A stretch of 26,667 bases of DNA from Proteromonas lacertae (taxonomy: Eukaryota), in contig NGBS01000608.1 of assembly GCA_002245135.1 (NCBI GenBank), positions 62,001-88,667 of the forward strand, in the 5' to 3' direction. Both the position numbers and the translations under genes were made by a program. The notes under the pieces are model-generated. The model was not told the origin of the DNA and ran no database searches. It saw only the letters and a list, made by a program, of their open reading frames with translations. Shown here piece by piece: positions 1 through 9,718 of the stretch. Within the stretch, counting starts at the first letter, position 1. Each line of letters begins with the position of its first letter.

Positions 1-414
1 GATAAAAATATAATCCTTCTAGAACAATATATTCATAGAATAATGATGAGATATCATAAAAATTTGAGAAATGGAAGTTATTGTCAAAGTTCAAAATACA
101 GTAATCGAAGTATGCTACGTAATTCATCAGCTCAAATTCGTCGAACTAGTGGTTTGAATAGTAATTACAATTTGAATGGAAATACTAATTTATTAAAAGG
201 TTCAAAGAAGTTGAGAATGTCAACAACTCCATTAGTTAAATATGGAGACAACAACAACAATAATAATAATAATAATGAAAATGACAATGAGGAAGATAAT
301 TTGAATAATAATGTAAATAACAGTAATGATCATAGTAATAGTAATCACAGTAATAAGAAAAAGAGTGTAAAACAAGGCTTGACTGTGCTTGAAGGAGATG
401 AACAAGTTATTTGA
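1..414 (+). CDS. 3' end of an unknown protein gene (5'-truncated), low-complexity S/N-rich C-terminus
   Basis: Frame 1 is open from base 1 (DKNIILLEQYIHRIMMRYHKN...) to TGA at 412-414. Poly-Asn tract resembles the other genes here. Followed by T/GT-rich non-coding sequence. No recognisable domain. Confidence 0.6.
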   Translation, partial: DKNIILLEQYIHRIMMRYHKNLRNGSYCQSSKYSNRSMLRNSSAQIRRTSGLNSNYNLNGNTNLLKGSKKLRMSTTPLVKYGDNNNNNNNNNENDNEEDNLNNNVNNSNDHSNSNHSNKKKSVKQGLTVLEGDEQVI

Positions 415-989
415 TAGATATTTTGTTATTGGTGTTTTAGTAAATAGTGTTATGTAAATATTTATTAGATTTATGTTTTTTTGTTTTCATGTGTATTTAT
501 TTGTTAAATAATACTCATATTTATGATAATCAACACCAGTTGTTAGTGTGCATACTTTTTTAACATTTGACTAGTTTATAAATGCTTACTACAATGTATA
601 AACAAATCTTACAATTATAGAGCCTATTTTTATTGATAAATCTAAAGATGAAGGTGCATAGGGTATTAAAAATTATATTATGCTTATTTTATTTTTTATA
701 TAACTAAATATAGTTTTATTACCTAAATATAAAAGATAGCAATTACAAAATCTAACTAATTCAAACTATAAAAAATATTTTTGGAAAGAGATGAAAATAT
801 ACAAACATATGATCATGTGAATGACTGTGACAAGATGAAGCAACTTCATTATTGAATTTCTTCTAAAACAATAAGTATATATAAATAATTACAACTTCGT
901 CTATTATCCTTCTAATAGCTCATTTATCTAATAATCAAATCAATCAATGATTTAAAGATTTTGAGTCGTTACACATCAACATAAATAAA

Positions 990-2850
990 ATGTCATTCTT
1001 CATGAAGCTTTTACTTTGCTGTCTGTTTGTTTTAACTGTTTATTCTTCTTGCCCTGGTGGCTGCAGTGGACACGGAACGTGTGGTGCTAATGGTGTATGT
1101 ACTTGCGCTTCAATCACTTCAACTGGTTGGGGATCAGCCTTAAATGCTGGTTATACTGGTGCAGATTGTTCATTAAGTATAATATAAATTATTTTCTATT
1201 TTTTAACTAGGAACTTGTCCTGTTGGTGCTTCTATTCAAACAATTCCTGTAGTCTTTAGAGGAACTGTTTATCCTCATCCAATTGATGGTCAAAGACGAT
1301 TAGATGAAGTAGCTTCAACAATTAGTCCAAACTTTCCAATTAAAAACACATATAAAGTAGAATCTGAAGATTTAAAAGGTTTGATGAATGTGGAAGGAGG
1401 TATTTTGAAATGTAGTAGATTAGATAATAGTGGTTATTTAGGAACAGCAAATGTTCTTGCCTTTGATGGTGAGAAGATAGCAATTATTCAATACAACTTC
1501 AACTTAACAAAAGCAGCACCAATACCATTGAATGATACAGAACCAGAAGAAGATGAATATGATTATAATGATTATATTGGAAATACCGTTTGTTCTATAT
1601 TTTCAACCAGAAATGATTTAAGTCAATATAAATCAATAAAAGGTGAAGGTAGTACTATTAATCCTTGGTTAAATTATGCCGAAATGTTGAACTTAATGAA
1701 ATGGTCAAATGAAGTATCAACAAGTGAAGAAGATTCAACAACTAGTGAAGAAAAAGAAGAAAAATTACAAGTTGCTTGTTATAAAACTAAACTAGCTGAT
1801 GATGATAAAGAAACAACAAGATCATATGTATTCTATGGTGATTTAACTGTAACAGTTGGAGTTACTGATGTAGAGTTCAAAATAGAAGGTGTAACTCTAG
1901 ATAATTATACAGTATGTTATATTTTAGCTAAAGGAAATGGTGATGTAATTAGTATTGAAGAATCAGATTTATCAAAGAAATTAAAGAAAGAAGGTGATAA
2001 ATGGTATTATGAAATAGCTAAAGAAGGTAATCCAATTGTAGAAACAACTGGTCCAACTATTGGAATTAAAGTTTCTCAAGATACAATAGATAATATTATT
2101 GCAGATTTAAAAAACCAATCAATTGCAGCTACAGGTGGAAGTGATGAAACTGACCTTAGTGTAGTAAGTCAACCTAAAGTAACAATTCCATTACCAACTA
2201 CACCACAAGAAAAAGCTATTATTATTGCTATTTCAATGCCTGGAACCCCCGTAGTTATTGATTTTGGTGATGCTGGAAAACTACCAAATACTATAATTGG
2301 AGTTAAGCCAACAAATGGTAATCCAAGAAGATTATTAAATGAAAACGGAAGAGAATTAGAAGATCCTATTAGTTTTGATATGTATAAAGGAATGGATTAT
2401 GTTTTTGCTGATGCATTTCCTGCTTCAGGAATTACTGATTTTCATATTGACTTTGAAAAGGTTGGTGGTGTTCATTCTCCTATTGAATGTAGTGGTCAAG
2501 GATTATGTAATAGAGAAAGTGGTGAATGTCAATGTTATAATGGATTTACTGGTGAAGCTTGTCAAAGAATGAGTTGTCCAAATGATTGTAATAATCATGG
2601 TAAATGTGTTTCATCACTTGCTACTTCATATACTGCTTATGGTGAAGGAAATGGAATGATATATCGATGTGAATGTGATAATGGATATCGAGGAGCAGAT
2701 TGTTCTTTAAAAGAATGTCCAAGTGATATATCTGAGGTGACAGATCGAGATTGTAGTAACAATGGTTTATGTGATTATTCCTCTGGTTTATGTAATTGTT
2801 TTGCTGGATTTTATGGAGAAGCTTGTCAATACTCTATAGGAACTGCTTAA
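990..2850 (+). CDS. Secreted EGF/tenascin-like repeat protein, mastigoneme (Sig1/Ocm1/Mas)-like; exons 990-1176, 1211-2850; ~608 aa
   Basis: 34-nt GTAT..TAG intron (1177-1210) joins the two ORFs in frame, giving GADCSL-R-TCP. Signal peptide MSFFMKLLLCCLFVLTVYS. EGF motifs CPGGCSGHGTC, ECSGQGLCNRESGECQCYNGFTGEACQ, CPNDCNNHGKC, DCSNNGLCDYSSGLCNCFAGFYGEAC. No C-terminal TM segment. Gene structure is secure; the family call is from motif recall. Confidence 0.8.
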
Positions 2851-3006
2851 AGGTAACTAGGTGAACATATTATTCGTAATGAACACTATTATAATAATGA
2901 TTATGACTATATTGTGTTGTTTTTTGATAAATTCAATTCTTTAATATTTATTACTATTTTCTCCACAAAACAATAATAATAATATAAAATATAATAATTA
3001 TTTCAT

Positions 3007-3754
3007 TTAAATTTGATTATCATCACATCTATATGAAACTAAAGTATCAACTTTATGAACTTTTGTAGTAAAACTTCTCAATCTAACTTCAGCAGAGTTA
3101 TTTATATATTTTGGATCACTTTCTTCCCATTTTAATGGAACTTCGCTGTTTTTATCTGTATAAACCAATAATTCAAATGAACAAGGTTCTTCTATTAAGG
3201 GAAGGAATGTCACTGAGGCTGTAATTTGACGAATAATGGCTTGAATTTCTTTTTGAATTTCTGATTCTGGTTTTTCATATCCTCTATTTACATAATACAC
3301 AGAAAATATACTGTATTTTGTTTTGAACTACATTTTGGTCTGTTTCTACATTAAATACCCATCGTTCTAATATTTCTCCAGTGTGCAATCCCATTATTAC
3401 CAATACTAATGATTTTATTTCACCTCTCATTAACCATTCTATTAAAGTATATTAAACATTCGCCTAATACGTTGAATTTGAGCTAATATTTGCGTTAAAT
3501 AGCTCTTTAAACCTTTATCTGTACTAACAACCATTGATAATCCATACTTCTTTACTCTTTCAAATGTTTCAGGTGGATATACTCCTCTTTGATATAATAT
3601 ACTATTCAAAATTTAATTTATATTGTTTGAATACCTGTTTACACTGAATGCAAAGAATTCTGAGACTATCTCAGTAGAACCTTTTAAAGATATAATATTT
3701 TTGGTTGATGTTGCAGTTGAATTCTATTTTATAACAAATTATTCTTTATACCAT
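3007..3754 (-). CDS. MAD2: Mitotic spindle assembly checkpoint protein MAD2 (HORMA domain); exons 3754-3752, 3723-3635, 3601-3471, 3438-3312, 3283-3007; 208 aa
   Basis: Spliced product [52 protein letters not shown]...LERWVFNVE...EIQAIIRQITASVTFLP...FELLVYTD...VPLKWEESDP...VRLRSFTTKVHKVDTLVSY carries all hallmark MAD2 motifs. Introns of 28, 33, 32 and 28 nt, all GTAT..TAG. Exons total 627 nt, in frame. Confidence 0.97.
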
Positions 3755-3842
3755 CAAGAATAATGAAATAAATTTGATTTTTTAAATTTTCACAACAGAT
3801 TTGCTTGAATAGGCTTGAGATTAAGAATTTATTTTGTCAATT
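3755..3842. promoter_or_regulatory. Probable bidirectional promoter/5' UTR region between MAD2 and the mS35-like gene
   Basis: Only 88 nt separate the two divergent ATGs (3754 on minus, 3843 on plus). Confidence 0.6.
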
Positions 3843-5089
3843 ATGCTGGCAAGGAGTGCTTATAAATCATTGTATGAGAAATATATACATTCATGTAGAC
3901 ATCTGCTATCACAGAATGCAAAAATCATTACTTCTTTTTCTGCACAAATAAATGTACCCAAGAGATTTGAATCTAGTAGTAATGAAAATGAAAATGATGA
4001 TCTTGATATAATGTTGGATATGGATGAAAGACATTTTATAAAATCATTCCTAAAGTATGATCTAAATCCAGAAATACCAAGAGTTCCAACTGAAACTAAA
4101 ACAAAAAATGATACAAATAAAAAACCAAAAGAAACCGCAAAGGTTGTCGATTTTCAACAAATGATGGGAGTTGGAGATAAACCAATTTTCAATGATAAAG
4201 AGTTGGAGATGTTAAATAAACAATTACAAAACAATGAAAGTCTAAAAAGAGATGCAGGTTCATCAGTATTTTTTGAAGAAAATGGTATATGGAAGGATCT
4301 AAGTATGATTAATTAATAATCTCGAATTTTTCTGTTAAATAGATAATCGATATTATCGTAGGTTGCATGCACCAGAAGATTTTCTAGATAAGAACTTACC
4401 TCCTGATTTTTTAGGTAGAAATTCACAAGAATTAGCTCAAACTCTCAATCAGCAGAATGAAGCAAGACCATTGTATCAAGATCTATATGGAAAGGGACTT
4501 CCTCCTGAATGTTTAATAGATGATTATACAAAGCCACAAGATCCCTTGGAAATCAGTGAAGATGAGGATTTAGCTAAAACTGTGATTAATGATAAGAAAT
4601 ACTCATTTGAAGGATGTGAAGGATTGACTATAACTACTCAGGAGTATGTGGAAGCAAAGACATGGGAAACACAACAATTTGGTGAAAATCCACTTAATTG
4701 GAAAGGGATTGTTACTATTAAAGTCAAAAATTTACCTTTAACACTTGAACAACGTCATAAACTAATATTATTAGCTGAAAAAAGATATAATAAGAAAACA
4801 GGTATTTTAAAGATTACATGTTGTGATTATCCATCTAGAAGGCAAAATTTAGTTAAATGTTTAGACTTTCTTAGAATCTCTTATACAGGAAAGCAAAGTA
4901 TACACACCAATAGAAAAACCAAAATTGAAAATGGCTCAATGCAAACATGACCTTACAGTTGCACAACATTATTTAGCCATTGCAGATTTTTTCAGTGGGA
5001 AGACAAAAGAACTATACGGACCAAAAATCGAAGGAATTGATGAAAAAGAAGAAGAAAAAGGATTTGATTTTGATACCAGTTTTCTGTAA
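3843..5089 (+). CDS. Mitochondrial small-subunit ribosomal protein mS35-like (MRP-S28/Rsm24 family); exons 3843-4302, 4343-5089 with a +1 frameshift near 4867-4872; ~401 aa
   Basis: Basic, acid-free N-terminus (MLARSAYKSL...VPKRF) resembles a mitochondrial presequence. 40-nt intron 4303-4342 restores frame. Motif IVTIKVKNLPLTLEQRHKLILLAEKRYNKKTGILKITCCDYPSRRQN matches the mS35 core. Removing one base at GACTTTCTTAG gives LDFLESLIQESK and an open frame to TAA 5087-5089. Confidence 0.8.
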
Positions 5090-5192
5090 ATCTATTTTAT
5101 TTGTGTTTAAAAAGAATATTTGTTGAGAAAAATAAAATTTAAACAATTTGGGGTTACGAAAACATTTTTTCGTACAACACAGAAATTAAAAA

Positions 5193-5443
5193 ATGAGAGT
5201 TTCAAACAAAGTTGCGAGAGTAATTTTATATTTTGTAGCAACGGCCACAGTTGTAGGAGCTTATGCATCTTACAGAGTTAGATATAAAGTATAGAAGATT
5301 ATATTTCTTCTTTTTAGGAAAACCAAGAAAGAGTGAAAATGTTTATGGAAGAATACAAATTACAACAACAAATCGAAGAAAAAAATAGTAAAAATGAAAT
5401 ATCAGAAGAAATACTTCCTTCAAAAGACAAAGAGACGTTATAA
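5193..5443 (+). CDS. 73-aa single-pass membrane microprotein; exons 5193-5288, 5318-5443
   Basis: ATG in an A-rich context. A 29-nt GTAT..TAG intron removes an in-frame stop. Product MRVSNKVARVILYFVATATVVGAYASYRVRYK|ENQERVKMFMEEYKLQQQIEEKNSKNEISEEILPSKDKETL. TGTTTGT element at 5464-5470 downstream. Confidence 0.75.
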
Positions 5444-5692
5444 ATCAATTTTCATATTATTTATGTTTGTATTATGAATGTATTTATGGATTATATGTGA
5501 ATATTAAAATCAAAATTATTCATATTCTTTAATTTCCCCCATCATAAGTATCATTAAACTTCACTAAGATTAAAAACAAATTGTCTAACAAAAATTCTTC
5601 TTCAATGGTTCAAAAATTAGAAAAATAATGAAATGCAGAGTTAAATAGGGAATATATACTTTTAAAAGCCTCAAAATTCATTTTTGATTGAA

Positions 5693-6951
5693 ATGTCAGG
5701 CAGGAATAGTTCTGAAGGCAAAGATAGTATTTCAAAAATTGTATTTATCAAATAGACAACTTGACCCAACTTTATGCGTATGATAGTCAACTGGCAAAGG
5801 AATATGATGAAGAAAAGTTTCTTTACATTTTGAATGTATCCAGAGATGATAGTGACAGTATACACATTTTTTGAGTTATTTTAATTAGAAGGTAGACCAG
5901 CACAGAGTTTATCTTTTCAATTTTTAGCAAGAGTATTATCTTTATTCATTATAAATATATAGTATTGCCCGAGTGATAATGAAAAGTTGATACAAAAATG
6001 TGTAAGTTCTTATTTGAACTTTATTCAAAATCATATAAATTTAACCGAATGGGCTGGAGTAGTTCGTTGTTTTCAGACTTTTTTAGGTGGAGTAACCATA
6101 GAGAAAAGTCAATTAGAAACATTGCACAGAACATTATATCCTTTAAAGGCTAAATGCAGCACAATGATACAAAAGAAGTTATATTCAAAACTACTAGATT
6201 TTTTGAGTGAAAAAATAAATCCTGGAGGTAGTAAGAAGGTTCCTAAACAACACAAACAACAGTCACCACAACAATCATCAAATCAACAGAATACAGATAA
6301 TGCACCTTCACAGATCGAATCAAGTAATTCAGAAAATGCATCTAATGGAATGGAAGAGGAAACAGAATCAGATATTCCACCTCCACTTCCACCAAAACCA
6401 AACTCTCTCAAACCCGAATCAAGCCAAAATGAATCGTCAAACCAGAATCAAACTGAAGCAAATAGAAAACCAAAAAGAATTGAATTAGAAGAGGAAGATT
6501 TGATAGAAGATGACGATGACACTGGTATAGTAATAGAAGATGAATCTAACACTATCCCTATCCCTATATTTAATGTTAATGACAATAATATCTCACAATC
6601 CCCTTCATCTTCAACACAAATACAACCTATTTCCAAATCAAATACATCATCATCATCATCATTATCTAATACACCATCAAATCATAATAATAATTCATCA
6701 AAATCAAATGGTCGATCAAATCGAAGTCAAAGTAACAGACAATCATCATCATCATCAACCAATCAAAATTCAAAGAATTCATCCAATAAAATATCATCAT
6801 CATTACAACCAACACAACCACCACCTCAATCATCTTCATCTTCATTATCTTCTTCTTCCAATAATAATAACAATAATAACGTGTATTATAGAAGTAGTAA
6901 ATATCCTGACAGCTCTAATCCATTTGCACATAGACATCATGAATCACAATA

Positions 6952-6989
<38 letters not shown>

Positions 6990-8442
6990 TTATTATTATT
7001 TATTTAGTTTTGTTGGTAATGTTGGTACTCATCTCAAATACACTCAACTTCAAAAGATATTCGAACAAATTGGTGGAGGTTTAGTCCATGATATTGAACT
7101 ACCACCACTCAAATCAGATACTTGTCCAGTTGGTCATATATTTGTCAATTTCTATGATATTTCAGGTGCAATTAGTTCCGTTAAGAATCTCAATAATTAT
7201 TACGATGGTAGGTACAATTGGTTTATTCATTATTCCAATGGTAAAAAGACGCAATACGTCCAGGTAAGTACACTTAATAAAGATGTTGATTTGAATGAAA
7301 ATAATTTCAAAGAAAAATTGTCAAAATATGGAAAAATCTTAGAATATCATAAGATTCGTCCAGATTTGATCATTTGTCAATTCATTAATTCAACAATTAG
7401 CACTCAATGTGTAGTAGATATGGATAAAATAGATGAAGTAAATGGACAAAAATATATCATCTCATTGTTACCTGATTATAAATGGAATGAATTGACCAAT
7501 AGAAATGCTTCAGGTAGTTTTAAGATTAATCCAATTTATGCATTAAGAATATTACCAATTAGGAGTATGAAGGAGATGGATGATGTAATTCATTTTAGTA
7601 AGAGAATATGTAATTTTCAAATAATATCTAGTAGGATTGAAGATATGTATTTGGATTTAGGAATTTATAATGATAATGATGTTAAAAGTATATATATATA
7701 TTATACATTTGTCTTTTTGTATTATAGAATTGAAGGAGAGTATGAAAGATTATGATTCTTATGATCATATGCCAATAGCAGCAGTAGAAATTCCTTACAA
7801 ACCACCTAAGAAAGAAAGAGAAAGAGATAGAGATAGAGATTATGATGTATATTATATATATAATATTATTATAAATAGAGAGATAGCTATTATTATTATC
7901 GTAGATCATCATCACCACCATCTTCTCATTCCCATTCTCATTATCATTCATCTAGAGATAGATATCCATCACCATCAGATTCACGATATAATAATAATAA
8001 TAATAATAATAGAAATAGTCGAGGTAGATATAGATCTCCAATTCGTAGAATGAATAATATAGACAATAATAATAATAATATTAATTCTAATAGTTTATAT
8101 GATTATAGGAGGTATAATGGAAGGAGTAGGAGTAGGAGTAGAGATAGAAGTTTTAATAATAATAATAATATTAATAGAAATAATATAAATAATAATCAGT
8201 ATATTATTTAATTTAAATAATTAATCACAACATTTTATTTATTATATAAATTATAGAAATAGAAGATATAATAATAATAATAATCGATATAATAATAATA
8301 ATAATAATACAGCTAATATGAATAATCAACAACAACAACAACAACAACAATTTGACCAACAACAGCAACTACAAAGGTATTATATTATTTAATTTAATTT
8401 AATCTTATATATATATATATATATAAACAGTAATAATAACAA

Positions 8443-8473
<31 letters not shown>

Positions 8474-8707
8474 CTGGACAGTAATTCTAATATCAATAAT
8501 TATGTACAATATGAATGTATCTATAATGAATAATTTATAAATAGCATATGGATTAACTCCATCACCAGATAATTCTACTACTACTACTTCAAATAATAAT
8601 AATAATAATAATATAATAATTGATAGTCCACATGATTCAAATGTATTTTCTATTATTTTTTAATTTAATTTTTACAGAATGATGAAGCTATATCAGATGT
8701 AGAATGA
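5693..8707 (+). CDS. Multi-RRM RNA-binding protein with helical N-terminal domain, RS/RD repeats and N/Q-rich tail; 11 exons (introns 5727-5755, 5858-5888, 5933-5962, 6955-7007, 7688-7727, 7847-7878, 8199-8256, 8377-8430, 8517-8544, 8643-8677); ~874 aa
   Basis: All ten GTAT..YAG introns keep one frame (2625 coding nt) ending at TGA 8705-8707. RNP2 YLFVGNVG (formed across intron 4) and RNP1 GHIFVNFYD. Second degenerate RRM (QYVQVSTL...LSKYGKI...IICQF) and a possible third. ERERDRDRD, RSRSRSRDRS, poly-N and poly-Q tracts. Confidence 0.8.
6956..6985. repeat. (TA)15 microsatellite inside intron 4 of the RRM gene
   Basis: Read directly. It explains the spurious YIYIYIY run in the ORF track. Confidence 0.95.
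7990..8612 (+). repeat. Cluster of coding (AAT)n and (CAA)n trinucleotide repeats (poly-Asn, poly-Gln)
   Basis: Multiple AAT runs and a CAA run near 8327-8350, in frame in the spliced RRM gene model. Confidence 0.85.
8406..8425. repeat. (TA)10 microsatellite inside intron 8 of the RRM gene
   Basis: Read directly. Confidence 0.9.
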
Positions 8708-9718
8708 AAAGAGAAATATAAAGATTATTCTTTTTACTCAATATATTATATATTATTATATATTTCACTTCAAATTTTTATTATTAATATTTTTATTTGT
8801 TTTTATTGTTATCAGTTGTGATATTTAGTTAGAATATTATTCTATTTATCCAGACATGCTTATTATTTAGCATTTATTATAATACAAACATTTTGATTTA
8901 CATATCATACAACAAACTATATATTAGTTCTATTTTCATATGTCTATTATTACACTCAAATAATATTATATATTCTTATTTCTATATGATAAGAATTATC
9001 AAATTTTCTAAAATTAGATTCATTTTCCTAAATAAATATTATAAAAAATACAATGTTGAATTGAATATTGTATATAAGAAATATAAATTGATATATAATA
9101 AAATTGAAACTAGGAAATGAAATGAGAATTTATTTGAATGAATATTATGTTAGTTAAATAGTATGACGTGTATATATTTATTTGACCAACATTACTTGTA
9201 TTTTGTTCTCCTTTTTAATGTCATTTGAAAATTCTGAAGATAAATATCCTAAATATAATCATATTTGAACATAAATAATAACATGAAATTTTATGTACTA
9301 ATACATAAATCTTTATACTTAGAATTACGAAATTTCTCTTAATTCGTAACCAATCAAAACATATTGTGCATTAAATTATAAATAAACTAGAAATGTGCAC
9401 ATTAAATATATTTCTTAAGCATTATTTATAGTATATTATGAATGAATTACATTTAATATTTTAATACTTTTAAATGCTTAAATAATGCATGTTTATTAAT
9501 TATGTAACACATTTATGAGTATATAATATGAATTTAAGAAGTATTTGTGAAACTTAATATAATGCTCACCTGTGTAGGTATTCAATAGTTACAAACTAAA
9601 TTACATTTATTAAACTGAATGGCATGGCATTTGCTTCATAAAATCACTTTGTACACAAAATTAGCAAAAATATAGGGGTTTTATCATAACTAAAACTTTT
9701 TAATTTTGGTTTTAGACT

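Noticed and set aside
1024..1031. Exact TGTTTGTT (Blastocystis polyadenylation motif)
   Set aside because: Lies within the signal-peptide codons (CLFV) of the EGF gene, not at a gene end.
4898..4913. 16-nt GTATACACACCAATAG as an intron fixing the mS35 frame
   Set aside because: Far below the 28-nt minimum seen. It would also leave the non-homologous RISYTGKQ in place of ESLIQES.
6946..7084. Apparent C-terminal transmembrane segment YIYIYIIIIIIYLVLLVMLVLIS in ORF 5987-7084
   Set aside because: Artefact of translating the (TA)n intron 6955-7007; the spliced frame gives an RRM.
8893..9120. 75-aa ORF in the intergenic spacer
   Set aside because: TTG start and I/Y/K/N-dominated composition typical of random AT-rich sequence; no motif.
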